Made by a program: the position numbers and the translations under genes. A DNA stretch of 64,000 nucleotides from an uncultured delta proteobacterium (GTDB taxonomy: Bacteria; Myxococcota_A; Polyangia; Polyangiales; Polyangiaceae): assembly GCA_963850305.1 (NCBI GenBank), contig CAWKKR010000004.1, positions 128,001 through 192,000 on the forward strand, written 5' to 3'. Position 1 is the stretch's first letter. Each line of letters opens with the position of its first letter. This document shows, piece after piece, positions 38,015 through 48,254 of this stretch. The notes under the pieces were generated by a model, which saw only the letters and a list, made by a program, of their open reading frames with translations, did no database searches and was not told the DNA's origin.

Positions 38015-38782
38015 GTGAGACTCGCTACCTGGAATGTGAACTCGATCCGCGCGCGCCATGAGGCGGTGCTGGAGTGGATCGCCCGGGTCGAGCCCGATGT
38101 CCTCTGCATGCAGGAGACGAAGGTCGAAGACGACGAGTTTCCGACGGACGAGCTGCTTCGTCTCGGATACGCGGTCGCGATGGCGGGGCAGAAGTCTTAC
38201 AACGGTGTCGCGATCGCCTCACGCCTCCCCATGAAGGACGTGGCCATCGGGTTTCACGACGAGCCGGACCCCGCGGAAAAGCGGCTCGTGAGCGCCACCG
38301 TCGACGGCGTGCGGATCTATTCGGCGTACGTGCCGAACGGAAAGTCCCCGACGTCGCCGTCCTTCGCGGAGAAGCTGCGCTGGCTCTCACGACTCCGGGA
38401 GACGCTCGCCCACGATGCCTCGCCGGAAACGCCGCTCGCCGTCTGCGGGGATTTCAACATCGCGCCGGACGCGCGCGACGTGTTCGACCCGGTGGCGATG
38501 GAGGGGCAGCTTCATTTTCATCCGGACGAGCACCGCGCGCTCGCGGACCTGCTCTCGTTCGGATTGACGGATGTGTTTCGCCTTCACCACGAAGAGGGCA
38601 AGCGCTTCAGCTGGTGGGACTATCGCGCTGGAGGCTTCCGGAGAAACCTGGGGCTCAGGATCGACCTCATCCTTGCCACAGCGTCCCTCGCCGCGCGCTG
38701 CACGGGCTCGGACATCGACGTCGAGCCTCGCAGGGGTGAAAAGCCTTCCGATCACGCACCGGTCGTCGCGACGTTCCGCTGA
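38015..38782 (+). CDS. xth: Exodeoxyribonuclease III
   Basis: ATWNVNS, QETK, YNGVAI, YVPNG, GDFN, SWWDYR, RIDLI, SDHAPV. Confidence 0.95.
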   Translation: MRLATWNVNSIRARHEAVLEWIARVEPDVLCMQETKVEDDEFPTDELLRLGYAVAMAGQKSYNGVAIASRLPMKDVAIGFHDEPDPAEKRLVSATVDGVRIYSAYVPNGKSPTSPSFAEKLRWLSRLRETLAHDASPETPLAVCGDFNIAPDARDVFDPVAMEGQLHFHPDEHRALADLLSFGLTDVFRLHHEEGKRFSWWDYRAGGFRRNLGLRIDLILATASLAARCTGSDIDVEPRRGEKPSDHAPVVATFR

Positions 38783-39906
38783 CGAAAATGCGACGAATGA
38801 CGGGCGGACGACACCTGCGCGCGGTTCGACTCCGACGACGCCTGGCTCGCGTAGGCTTCTCTCAACGACGGAATCGCGGCGAGCGAGATGCGGCCTCGTT
38901 CGCACCACGTCTCCGCATCCGGGTCCGCTTCGAAGGCGGCCCGCACGCGATGGAGCGCCGGCAAATACACGAGCTCGCGCGCGAGCCCGCCGCCGCGAGC
39001 GACGCGCGACGCCAGTGCGAGCGCTGGACGGAGCGGCACATCGTAGCCCTGGACGAGACGCACGACCTCGACGAAGTCCGCGCCGCGGCGGACGGCCAGC
39101 GCGCCCAGATGCCTGAGGCCGAGCTCCTTTCGTCGTTCGTCGTCGAAGAGCCCTGTTCGCATTTCGATGAGCAGCGCGCGGCCCTCCTCGTCATCAGCGG
39201 CGCCCGAGGTGCCCACCGCGAAGAGCCCGAGAGGCTCGGCCCTGGCGCGGACGCGCGGGAGCGCATGCCCGTAGACCTCGTGATGGGCGATGCGACGCGC
39301 CGCCTGCTCCCTGTGCGACAGGCCGGCGCGGACGACGATGATGCCGTCGCCTGTCGCGGCCGAGGAAGTGAGCTCGCGGCTGAGCACGACCCGCACGGGC
39401 AGGCGAAGTGTCCCCAGTGCCGCTCGTACTACGTTCACCAGACTCCGTGGGTCGCCTTCGTCATCAGCGAGGATGCGCGTTCCTCCTGGCGCAACGGGTA
39501 GGCTCGCCCACGCTGCCGCTTCGGCGTCCCCGGCGCGTCCGTGCGCGGACTCGTCGATCGCGAAGCGACGCGACGCGAGCTCGCGAAACTCCGGTGTCCC
39601 GAGGGCGCCGACAATCGCGGCTTCCCTGCATAATTCGACCGCGCGAGCCGCGTAGAGCGAGCCCAGCGTGCAGGCAGCCGGGGCTTCGCGGATGGCCCAG
39701 TCGAGCGCACGGAGAAGCTCGGAGAGATCGGGGCGAGCCCGGTATGCGAACCCCGGCTCCTCGGGGCCGATCGCGGTCCAGCGGGCCGCCAAGCGCTGGA
39801 GCTCGAGGGCGCCGTTGGTCGGAAGGCAGCGGTCGAGCAGGGCGATCGCCCGCTCGCCATGAGCGAGCAACCGATCGAGATCGATAAGTCCGAGCGGTCT
39901 CGACAT
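38752..39906 (-). CDS. DUF1704 (MATCAP-like / QEGLA-motif) putative metallopeptidase
   Basis: HHEVYGH (HExxxH-type) followed by EEGRA, and RGGG...YL. Confidence 0.75.
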   Translation of the reverse strand: MSRPLGLIDLDRLLAHGERAIALLDRCLPTNGALELQRLAARWTAIGPEEPGFAYRARPDLSELLRALDWAIREAPAACTLGSLYAARAVELCREAAIVGALGTPEFRELASRRFAIDESAHGRAGDAEAAAWASLPVAPGGTRILADDEGDPRSLVNVVRAALGTLRLPVRVVLSRELTSSAATGDGIIVVRAGLSHREQAARRIAHHEVYGHALPRVRARAEPLGLFAVGTSGAADDEEGRALLIEMRTGLFDDERRKELGLRHLGALAVRRGADFVEVVRLVQGYDVPLRPALALASRVARGGGLARELVYLPALHRVRAAFEADPDAETWCERGRISLAAIPSLREAYASQASSESNRAQVSSARHSSHFRQRNVATTGA

Positions 39907-39986
39907 GGCACCCCCCTTCTAACATTGTCCTCCTGCCTCCCGCGCGTTCGCACGTTCCAGCCAGGGTGCGCTAGAATCTCGGGGCC

Positions 39987-42341
39987 GTGCCGTTTCGAGA
40001 GCGGTCCTTCTGGCTCGCCCTGGGCGCGCTGACCTACGTGTGCCTCGGCTCGCTGCCGAATGCGCGCGAGCCCCTCGTGCCCATGCTCGGCCTCGTCGTG
40101 CTGGCCCTGTGGCTCGGGGAAATATGGCGACGGACACGGCGCGCCGAGATCGGCGACCGCAAGCTCGAGCCCGCGGCGCGGTCCGCCGTGCGTGCGTGCC
40201 ACTTCGGAGCGGTGCTGTGGATCGCGGCCCGGTTCGGCGCACCGGGGCACGCCGCGCGGGACGCCGTGGCCAACCTGGCCGCTGCCACGGCCGCCGTCGC
40301 GGCCCTGGTGTCCCTGGCGCGGCTCGCTTCCGAAGGGGGTCTCATCGCGCCACCGCCCTCGAGTCGGTCTCTCGACGCTGCGGCGTTCGCCGGACTCCTC
40401 TGGGGGATCGCCGTGGCGCTGCCCGCGACGCGGGCGCTCTTCTCGACGAACGACGTGCTGCTCGACCCCCTCGCGATCGACTACGCGACGACGACGGCCG
40501 CGATCGGGAGTCTCCTCGTGCTGGTCGCCGCGTCGCTGCGCCTCCGCGTGCAGCGTCGTCTGGAAATCGGTGTCGCCGATCGAGTCGGAGGGGCGCTCTC
40601 GCTCGCACTGACGGCTCTCATCGTCGCGCTGCTCGCCGCGCTCGCGGACGTCGCATCGCCGGATCGCGTGCTCCCGGCGGCCGTCGTCATCGCGTCCCTC
40701 GCCTGTGCCTGGGCTGCGACGACGCGCGAACCCACCACGGTCTCCAGCACACTCCGGGGCGTTCTCGCCATCCTGATCCTGGGTGTTCCGGCAGCGCTGT
40801 TCATCGCCATCGCGGCTCGCGCGTACCCCGAACACGCGGCACCCATCACGCTGGTCGGTTCCATCGTCACGATCGCCATTGGCCTCGTCGCGCGTGACGT
40901 CGCGCGCCCGCTCGGGCCCGACCAATCCCGTTTCCTGTCCGCGATCGAACGCGCGAGCCACGGGGCGCTCCAGCCGGAGCCCGACGCGGCCATCCGCGCG
41001 GCCCTCGCCGCGCTCCGCACCGCCTATCGCGATCCCAGCGCGAAGCCCGAGCTCTGGCGGAACGCACCGGAGGAGGTCTTGAGCGTGGACGTCGCAGGGT
41101 ACCTGCACGTCGTCAAGGCCTCGGCGCCGGAGCTGCTCCTCACCCTGGCGAGTGCCGAACCCGAGCGGACGCTACGCGTCGAGACCCTGCGCGCCCTCGA
41201 GGTGCGGCGTCCGGAAGTGCGTCCCGTGCTGGCCTGGTTCGAGGCGCGCGACGCGCTGTGCGCCACGACGGTCGTCGACGAAGACGGCCCGCTCGGCTTC
41301 TTGCTGCTCCCGAAGAGTCACCGGAAGCGGTCCATCACGCTCGAAGAAGCGCGCGCGATCCGGCTCCTCGGGGATCGCATCAGTGCGCTCCTCGCGGTCT
41401 CGTCCGCGCTTGCCCGGTCGCGCGAGCGGGAGCTCCGGGCGGCGGCACACGCGACGGAGGTCGACGCGGAGTGCGCGCGGCTCGATCACATCATCCAGCT
41501 GGCGGCAGGCAGGCACCGTGCGTCCGCGGAGCTCGTGGCGCGGGCCACGCGCGTGGCGACCTACAGCCCAGCCGCCCGCTTCGCGCGGGACGAGCTGGAA
41601 CGCCACGGCCATACGGGCGAGCCGCTCGCGCTCGTCGTGCCTCCCGGAGTGCACGCGGCGGGATGGGCTGCCACGGCGCATCTCGCCAGTCCGGGCTCCG
41701 GGGGCCCCTTCGTCGTCGCGGACGCCGCGACCTCGTTGGAGCACGACGAGGAGCGCTGGCGCGATCCGGTCGCCTCGCCGCTCGCCCTCGCGGACGGCGG
41801 GACCCTCCTCATCCTCGACGTCGCTGCACTTCCACTGGTCATCCAGGACGACATCGCACGAGCCATCGTCCGGCGCGTCGCGGAGAGCGCTCCGTCGTCG
41901 ATTCCGCCGCCGATGCTCGTCGTCAGCGTACGCGAACCGGTGGACGATCTCGTCCTCGCCGGACGGCTCTCGCAAAAGCTCGCCGCGCGCGTCGGCCGCA
42001 GGGTGGTCACCCTCCCCTTCCTCGCCGACCGCTCGGAAGATCTGCGCGCGCTGGTGCTCGATCGCCTCGCTGGCATCGGCATGCGCACGCGCGGAGAGCC
42101 ACTCGGCATCGAGGCGTCGGCGCTGTCGCTCCTGCTCGAGCACGCCTTTCCCGGCAACGACACGGAGCTCGACGACGTGCTCGTCCGCGTGGCCCGCGTC
42201 GCGACCGGTCCCGCGGTGACCCGGGAGAACCTTGCGGCGATCGGATTTCACAAGATAGAGGCGACCGCGCCGCGCGAGACGCCGTCGATCGCGCCTGAGC
42301 CTCGCGGACGACGGTCGCCCGCGGCGCGAAGCGTGAGCTGA
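39987..42341 (+). CDS. Multi-TM membrane protein fused to a degenerate sigma54-interaction AAA+ domain
   Basis: About nine TM helices; LADGGTLLILD, LPFLADRSEDL and FPGNDTEL echo bEBP motifs. Confidence 0.75.
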   Translation: MPFRERSFWLALGALTYVCLGSLPNAREPLVPMLGLVVLALWLGEIWRRTRRAEIGDRKLEPAARSAVRACHFGAVLWIAARFGAPGHAARDAVANLAAATAAVAALVSLARLASEGGLIAPPPSSRSLDAAAFAGLLWGIAVALPATRALFSTNDVLLDPLAIDYATTTAAIGSLLVLVAASLRLRVQRRLEIGVADRVGGALSLALTALIVALLAALADVASPDRVLPAAVVIASLACAWAATTREPTTVSSTLRGVLAILILGVPAALFIAIAARAYPEHAAPITLVGSIVTIAIGLVARDVARPLGPDQSRFLSAIERASHGALQPEPDAAIRAALAALRTAYRDPSAKPELWRNAPEEVLSVDVAGYLHVVKASAPELLLTLASAEPERTLRVETLRALEVRRPEVRPVLAWFEARDALCATTVVDEDGPLGFLLLPKSHRKRSITLEEARAIRLLGDRISALLAVSSALARSRERELRAAAHATEVDAECARLDHIIQLAAGRHRASAELVARATRVATYSPAARFARDELERHGHTGEPLALVVPPGVHAAGWAATAHLASPGSGGPFVVADAATSLEHDEERWRDPVASPLALADGGTLLILDVAALPLVIQDDIARAIVRRVAESAPSSIPPPMLVVSVREPVDDLVLAGRLSQKLAARVGRRVVTLPFLADRSEDLRALVLDRLAGIGMRTRGEPLGIEASALSLLLEHAFPGNDTELDDVLVRVARVATGPAVTRENLAAIGFHKIEATAPRETPSIAPEPRGRRSPAARSVS

Positions 42342-42375
42342 GCGCAACGCTGGCGAGAAGATGATGGCTCGCTCC

Positions 42376-42942
42376 TCATCGCTCGATGATGCGACTGCTC
42401 GCGAGCTCCCAGCCGGTCGCGCCGTTCTTGACGCGCGTGGTGCCGCGAATGCCCTCGACGTCGTACTTGTAGGCGACGCTGACGGACTTGTCCTCCACCT
42501 TGATCCGCGTGATGACGACGACGGGATCTTTCGGGGACCTGGGGCCGTCGACGATCGTCACTTCGTAGCCGCCCTTCACGAGCTTGAGATCCTTGGGAAG
42601 ATCGGGGCCGGCGACCTTCACCCGGGCGCGCCCCGGTTTTTCGACATGTAGATAAGAGGTGAGCTCGGGATCGTCGAGTACGGCCTGGAGTACTTTGGTG
42701 AGATCCTCGGGCGATAGCGCCTCGGGTCCGGGGGTGTCGGCCGAAGGAGCGGGCGTCGCGTCTGCCGCCGGCACGGTCGCGCTTTCCGCATCGGGGGCGG
42801 AGCTTTCGTCGCTGGCGGGATTCTTGGGAGCATCCGCGGGAGCGGCGGCAGCCGGGGGCTGTTCCGGAACTTTCGGCGCCGCCTTGCCGGCACCGCACCC
42901 CACCACGACGAGCAAGCACCAGGAGAACGTCCCTCTTGTCAT
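42376..42942 (-). CDS. Lipoprotein with Pro/Ala linker, unknown function
   Basis: C-terminal part of ORF 42376..44346; MTRGTFSWCLLVVVGC lipobox. Confidence 0.7.
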   Translation of the reverse strand: MTRGTFSWCLLVVVGCGAGKAAPKVPEQPPAAAAPADAPKNPASDESSAPDAESATVPAADATPAPSADTPGPEALSPEDLTKVLQAVLDDPELTSYLHVEKPGRARVKVAGPDLPKDLKLVKGGYEVTIVDGPRSPKDPVVVITRIKVEDKSVSVAYKYDVEGIRGTTRVKNGATGWELASSRIIER

Positions 42943-43047
42943 GTCCCCGGGGGTAGGAGGCCCGCGCCACGAACGCAAGGCACTCGGCTTCTCGGGCGTC
43001 CCGCGCGCTCGACTCCGGGTCGGGCGGGGACTACTGTCACAGGCCGC

Positions 43048-46000
43048 GTGAACTTCGACTTTCCGGGACGGACTCTCGGCGGACGCTTCCGTGTTCAGTA
43101 CGAAGTCGGGCGCGGTGGCGCCGGGGTGGTGTACCGGGCCATCGACGAGTCGACGGGCGCGCCCGTGGCGATCAAGGTGGTCGGGGGCGAAGCCGGGATG
43201 GACCCGAAGGAAGAGGCGCGCCTGGAGCGCGAGGGCGATGTGCTCCGGAACCTCGATCATCCGGGGATCGTGCGCGTGGTCGCATCGGGGCGGCTCGACG
43301 AGACGGGGCAGCCGTTTCTCGCGATGGAGTGGCTGGACGGGGAGGATCTCGCGGCCCGGCACAAGAAGACGCCGCTCACGTTCCTGCAGTGCGTCGAGCT
43401 CGGGATCTTCGTCGCGCAGGCGCTCGAAGCGGCGCACGACGCCGGAATCGTTCACCGTGACGTGAAGCCGAGCAACATTTTCATGTGCGATGCCTCGCGC
43501 ACGTCGACGGAGTTCCTGGAGGTCATGCCGAAGCTCGTGGACTTCGGCGTGGCCACGTCGGACGACATCCGCGTGACGCGGACGGGGGACGTCGTGGGCA
43601 CGCCCGCCTACATGGCGCCGGAGCAGGCGCGCGGAGATGCCCCCATCGACGCGCGCTGCGACATTTACTCGCTGGGCGCGACGCTGTTCGAGCTCATCGC
43701 GGATCGGCCGCCGCACGTCGGGCCGACTCTCATCGCCACGCTTGCCCGTCTCGTCACGACGAGTCCGCCGCGGCTGCGCGAGCTCAAGCGGAACGTGCCG
43801 CCGATGCTCGACAATCTGGTTCATCGGATGCTGTCGAGCGATCCGATGGACCGCCCCGGCTCGGCGCAGGAAGTCGCCGAGACGCTGCGGATGCTGCTGC
43901 GGCAATCGCCGACGGCGAATGTGCTGGAATCGATGGAGCCGGTGGTCTCGAACCGGCTCGGCTCGAGCGCGTCGCGTCTGGTCACGTCGATCGTCGCGAT
44001 CGGCTTCGCGAGCGGTTCCGCCAGGGATCTCGCGATCCAGATGCTCCGCGAGAGCGACGCGGACGCGGTGCCGCTCGGCCACGACTCGATCGTCGCGCAT
44101 CTCGGAGCGCGGTTCGCGGTGGGCACGGAAGCGTCCGTCGCGCTCGACCTCGGTCGGCGACTCGCGAAGAGCGGCGCCCGCGTCGGCGTCGCGAGCGGGC
44201 GCGCGCGCGTGAACCTGTCCGCGCCCTCGGGCGACGTCCAGCCCATCGGCGAAGTGATGGACCGGGCTTCTGCGCTGGCCCGCGACGCCACCCTCGGTAC
44301 CCTGCTCGCGGACGCGACGACGAGCGAGCTCGGCCGCGGAAGGCACGAATTCCGCTCGCGCGACGACGGCTCCGCCATCGTCGGTGACGCGCTGCGCGGG
44401 CTCCGCGGCGATCGCATGGGCGGCGCGCCGTTCGTGGGCCGCGACGCCGAACTGGCCCAGGTGTCGAGCGCCTTCGAGCGGACCACCGGCGATCAGACGC
44501 CCATCGTCGTGAGCATCACGGGCCCTCCCGGCATCGGAAAGAGCCGCCTGCGCCGTGAAGTGCTCGCTCGCCTCACGGCGCGCGCCGATGCTCCACGCGG
44601 TCGTTCTGCAACGCAGCGAGGCTTACGGCAAGAGCCAGGCCCTCGGCGCGGCGACCGACGTGGTCCGCGCGCTGCTCAATCTGCCGAAAGGCGCGTCCGT
44701 AGGGGAATCGGAGGCGGCGATCATCGACCAGCTCGGACCGGAGACGCGGAGCGAAGTGACGTCGCAGAACCGCCAGATCGTCGCGCGCCTGCTGTCGGAC
44801 GTGGCGCTGCCGCACGGCTCGGATCTCCTCGGCATGAGGGATCTGCTCTGGTTGGCCATGACGGACCTCGTGCTCCAGGTCGCGGGGTCCGCGCCGACCG
44901 TCATCGTCATCGAGGATCTCCAGTGGGCGGATCCGGAGAGCGTGGGCTGGCTCGATCACTTGATCGGTCGCGCGGCAAACCGCTCGATCATGGTGCTCGC
45001 CTTGATGCGCCCGAGCTTCTGGACGGATCACCCGGGTCGGTTCACCGGCAGAGACCACGTGCGGCTCGAGCTTCGCCCGATCTCGAAGCGCGCGTCGCGA
45101 ACCATCGCCAGGTCCTTCCTCGGCGAGGAAGTGACCGACGCGGTGCTCGACCGGATCGCGGAGCAGGCCGCGGGCTTACCGCTGTTCGCCGAGGAACTGT
45201 CACGCCTCGCCGCCGCCGGCGGAGACACGGAGCACGCGCCGACGATCGAAGCCGCGATCCAGGCGAGCCTCGATTCGCTCAGCGTGGACTCGCGCGACGC
45301 CATCGGGCGGCTCTCGGTGTTCGGTCTCACGGGCTGGGACGCGGGGCTCGAGGCGCTCGGCATGGGCGGCGTCGAGAGGCGACTCCGGGATCTTGCGACC
45401 GTCGAAATCTTGATCGAGCAGAGCGGTTCTCGGTTTCCGAGCTCACGCGAGTGGATGTTCAAACATTCGCTGTTCCGGGACGTCATCTATTCGTCGCTCG
45501 GGGAGCTCGAACGAAAGGAGCTGCACGCGCTCGCCGCGGACTGGCTCGCGTCCATGGGCGAAGACGCCTCCGTCGATCGCCGGCCATTACGACCTCGGAG
45601 GGCAAGAGCAGAAGGCGGCTTTTCACTGGGCGCGCGCCGCGCGCCGCGCCCTCGCCACGAACGCGCTTCGCGACGCGCTCGTGATGGCGGAGCGGGCCCT
45701 CGCGTTCGCCGAGGACAAAGTGACGGGGTTCGAGCGCGCGAGCTGCCTCGACGAGGCGTGGAGTCGGCTCGATCCGCGCGCGAGCGATCGACAGACATCG
45801 ATCGAGGCGCTCGAGGAGAATGTTCACGACGACGTGACGGCCCTCCTCGCACGCGGCGCCCGCGTTCGGTACGAGGACGCGCGCGGCACGGGAGAAGACG
45901 TCTCCGAGCGGCTCGCCAGCACCCGCGATGAAGCCGCGGCCCTCGGGCTTCACGATGAGGTCGCGCGGTGCTCGGCCACGCTCGCGACGCGCCTCGCCTT

Positions 46001-46955
46001 CGCCGGACAGTTCGAGGAAGCCGAGACGGAAGCGAATCGACTCCTCGCACTCTCGGAGAAGCACAAGGTGCTCTCGGCCGCTGTCGATGCCTGGCAGACC
46101 CTCGCCATCATCCGGCAAGCGCGGGGCGAGCTGTCTTCCGCCCTCGACGCGCGCAGAGCAGCCGTCACGGCCGCCCGCGCCGCGGCCCTTCGCGAACGAG
46201 AGGCGACCCTGAACTGCAACCTGGGCTTCGCTCTCACGACGATCGGCGCGAGACAGGAGGCGCGCGCCTCCGTGGACCGCGGCCTCGAGCTCGCCGATGC
46301 GATCGGAAGCGCCGGAACCGTCCGCCATGCGCAGATGAATTTGCTCTGCTGGGCATCGACGTTCGGGAACGACCGAAAGCTCGAGGCTGTTCTGAGCGAG
46401 GTGCGCGCGGACGCCGATGCGGCGGCGAACGGGACGTGGACGGCTCCCGATCGAGGCAATCTCGGCGTGTTGTTCTATCGCGGGGTCGAGCTCCTTCGCT
46501 CGGAGTCCCACGCCGCGGTCGAGCGCGCGCGTTCGCTGCTCCGCATCTCCGCGGAGACCTACCGCGCCACGAAAAACCGCGACGTGCTGCCCGTCGCGCT
46601 CGGCATGTGGGCGCTCTCCGAGCAGAAACTCGGAGCCACGGAGCGCGCGCTGGAGCTCGCGCGCGAGGCCGCAACGTTGCTCGAGAGTGGCGCGCCGAGC
46701 CTCCTGAACGAAGCCGTCGTGTATCTCGTGCTGCACGATTGCCGGAAGGCCATGGGAGCCGAAGTCGAGGCGCGTGAAGCAATCGAACAGTCGATCCCGA
46801 GACTCTTGCGACGCGTTCGCGGGCTGGTCGGCACGCCGTACGCGCGTCTGTTTCTCACCGAGCTCGTGCACAACGCCCAGCTCGTCGCGACGGCGGAAGC
46901 ATACGGACTCGTCCCCGACGCGATCCACCAGGTGCTCGAGCGCGGCGCTTCGTAG
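43048..46955 (+). CDS. Ser/Thr kinase - cyclase-like - AAA ATPase - TPR protein (frameshifts near 44600 and 45575)
   Basis: HRDVKPSN, DFG, GTPAYMAPE; PFVGRDAEL, GPPGIGKS, IEDLQWAD, GLPLFAEEL, FKHSLFRD; helical repeats. Spread over three frames. Confidence 0.88.
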
Positions 46956-47180
46956 AGGGTCACCGGGCGCGCCGAGCCGAGCGCCGTGTGAGTCGGGCCG
47001 GTTGCGGTGACGGGCGCGGGAGCGGAGCCGGAAGAAGAGACGATTTCGGGATGGGGAGCGGGAACGCGCACAGATTCGCAACGCCGACAGATTTGGGGGA
47101 GCCGCCGCGGCCTCGACGATTCCGACGTTTCGTGAGAGAGTCCTGGGCGCGGCGTAAGAGGCCGGAGAGGAACACGACGC

Positions 47181-48230
47181 GTGATGGGTCGAACCTTTGT
47201 CGCCCTGGGTGCAGCGATTGCGGTTGCGGGTTGCGGTTCGAGCACCCACTCGAACGGAGGCCCCGATGGGAGTACCAACCAGACCGCGAGCTCCGGCGGA
47301 GCGACCGCGTCCGGAGGCAGCGTCTCGGCGGGGGGCGCTCCATCGACGGGCGGCAGTGGCTCCGGCGGACGCACGGGCTCCACGGGCGGCGCTTCGTCGA
47401 AAGGCGGCACTTCGTCGGCAGGCGGCGCGTCGTCCACCGGCGCAGCCGACGGGGGTTCTGCAGAAGCGGCAGAGGTTACGCGCGTGTCCGGGTGGCTGAA
47501 GGACACGTCGAGCGGGCTACCCGGTTACGCCTACACCAACATCAAACAGAACTTCGCCACGACTCTGGCCTTCGACGGACTCGTTCACGCCATCGTTCTC
47601 TCGTGTGTGGAGTTTGCGCCGAAGGAGCCAGACTGGCTCGAGTACTGCGAGGCCGTCCTCGCGTCGGCGATCGTCGCCGAGAGCTCGTACGATCCCACCG
47701 CGAACGTGCTGGATTCCTACGGGACGCGCTCCGTGAACGGCACCACTGCGGACGACCCGACGGTGGGGCTCTTGCAGATCCGCTTCAGCTCCACGGTGAA
47801 CTCATTCAACTATTACGGGCCGTTCGACAGGATGGCCGCGCTCGGGTGTTCCTGGCCCGCCGAGCTCGTCACCCAGAGCAACGACGCCGTGTTCTGGGCG
47901 ACGAAAGGCCCCAGCTATCTGACGTTCATGGAAGACCCCGCGTGTAACATCGGCCTCTCCGCCTGGGATTATTTCTCGAACGCGACGGGGAACGGCGGGC
48001 CCACGGTCGAATACACGTATCAGTACTGCCAGGGGCAGGGCGTCGGAGGCGACATGGTCGAAGGTCTGCTCTCCCATCTCGAGGGACCTGCGTACCCGCG
48101 CCCTGCGGACGCCACGAACAGCTACGTCACGGGCATCAAGTCGCACTTCGCGGCCTTGCTCGGCGGACTCCCCACGCCGGACCCGTTCACCGAGCCCCTC
48201 GCGACGGAAGAGTCGAAGTATTGCCGCTGA
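47181..48230 (+). CDS. Lipoprotein with Gly/Ser linker and lytic transglycosylase (SLT/GH23-like) domain
   Basis: Lipobox VAGC; AESSYDPTA, VGLLQI, EDPACNI. Confidence 0.7.
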   Translation: MMGRTFVALGAAIAVAGCGSSTHSNGGPDGSTNQTASSGGATASGGSVSAGGAPSTGGSGSGGRTGSTGGASSKGGTSSAGGASSTGAADGGSAEAAEVTRVSGWLKDTSSGLPGYAYTNIKQNFATTLAFDGLVHAIVLSCVEFAPKEPDWLEYCEAVLASAIVAESSYDPTANVLDSYGTRSVNGTTADDPTVGLLQIRFSSTVNSFNYYGPFDRMAALGCSWPAELVTQSNDAVFWATKGPSYLTFMEDPACNIGLSAWDYFSNATGNGGPTVEYTYQYCQGQGVGGDMVEGLLSHLEGPAYPRPADATNSYVTGIKSHFAALLGGLPTPDPFTEPLATEESKYCR

Positions 48231-48254
48231 CGATCCTTCGGACCTTCGCGTCCG

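Noticed and set aside
42376..44346. 656-aa minus-strand ORF
   Set aside because: Only the last 188 aa (a lipoprotein) look real; the rest is antisense to the kinase.
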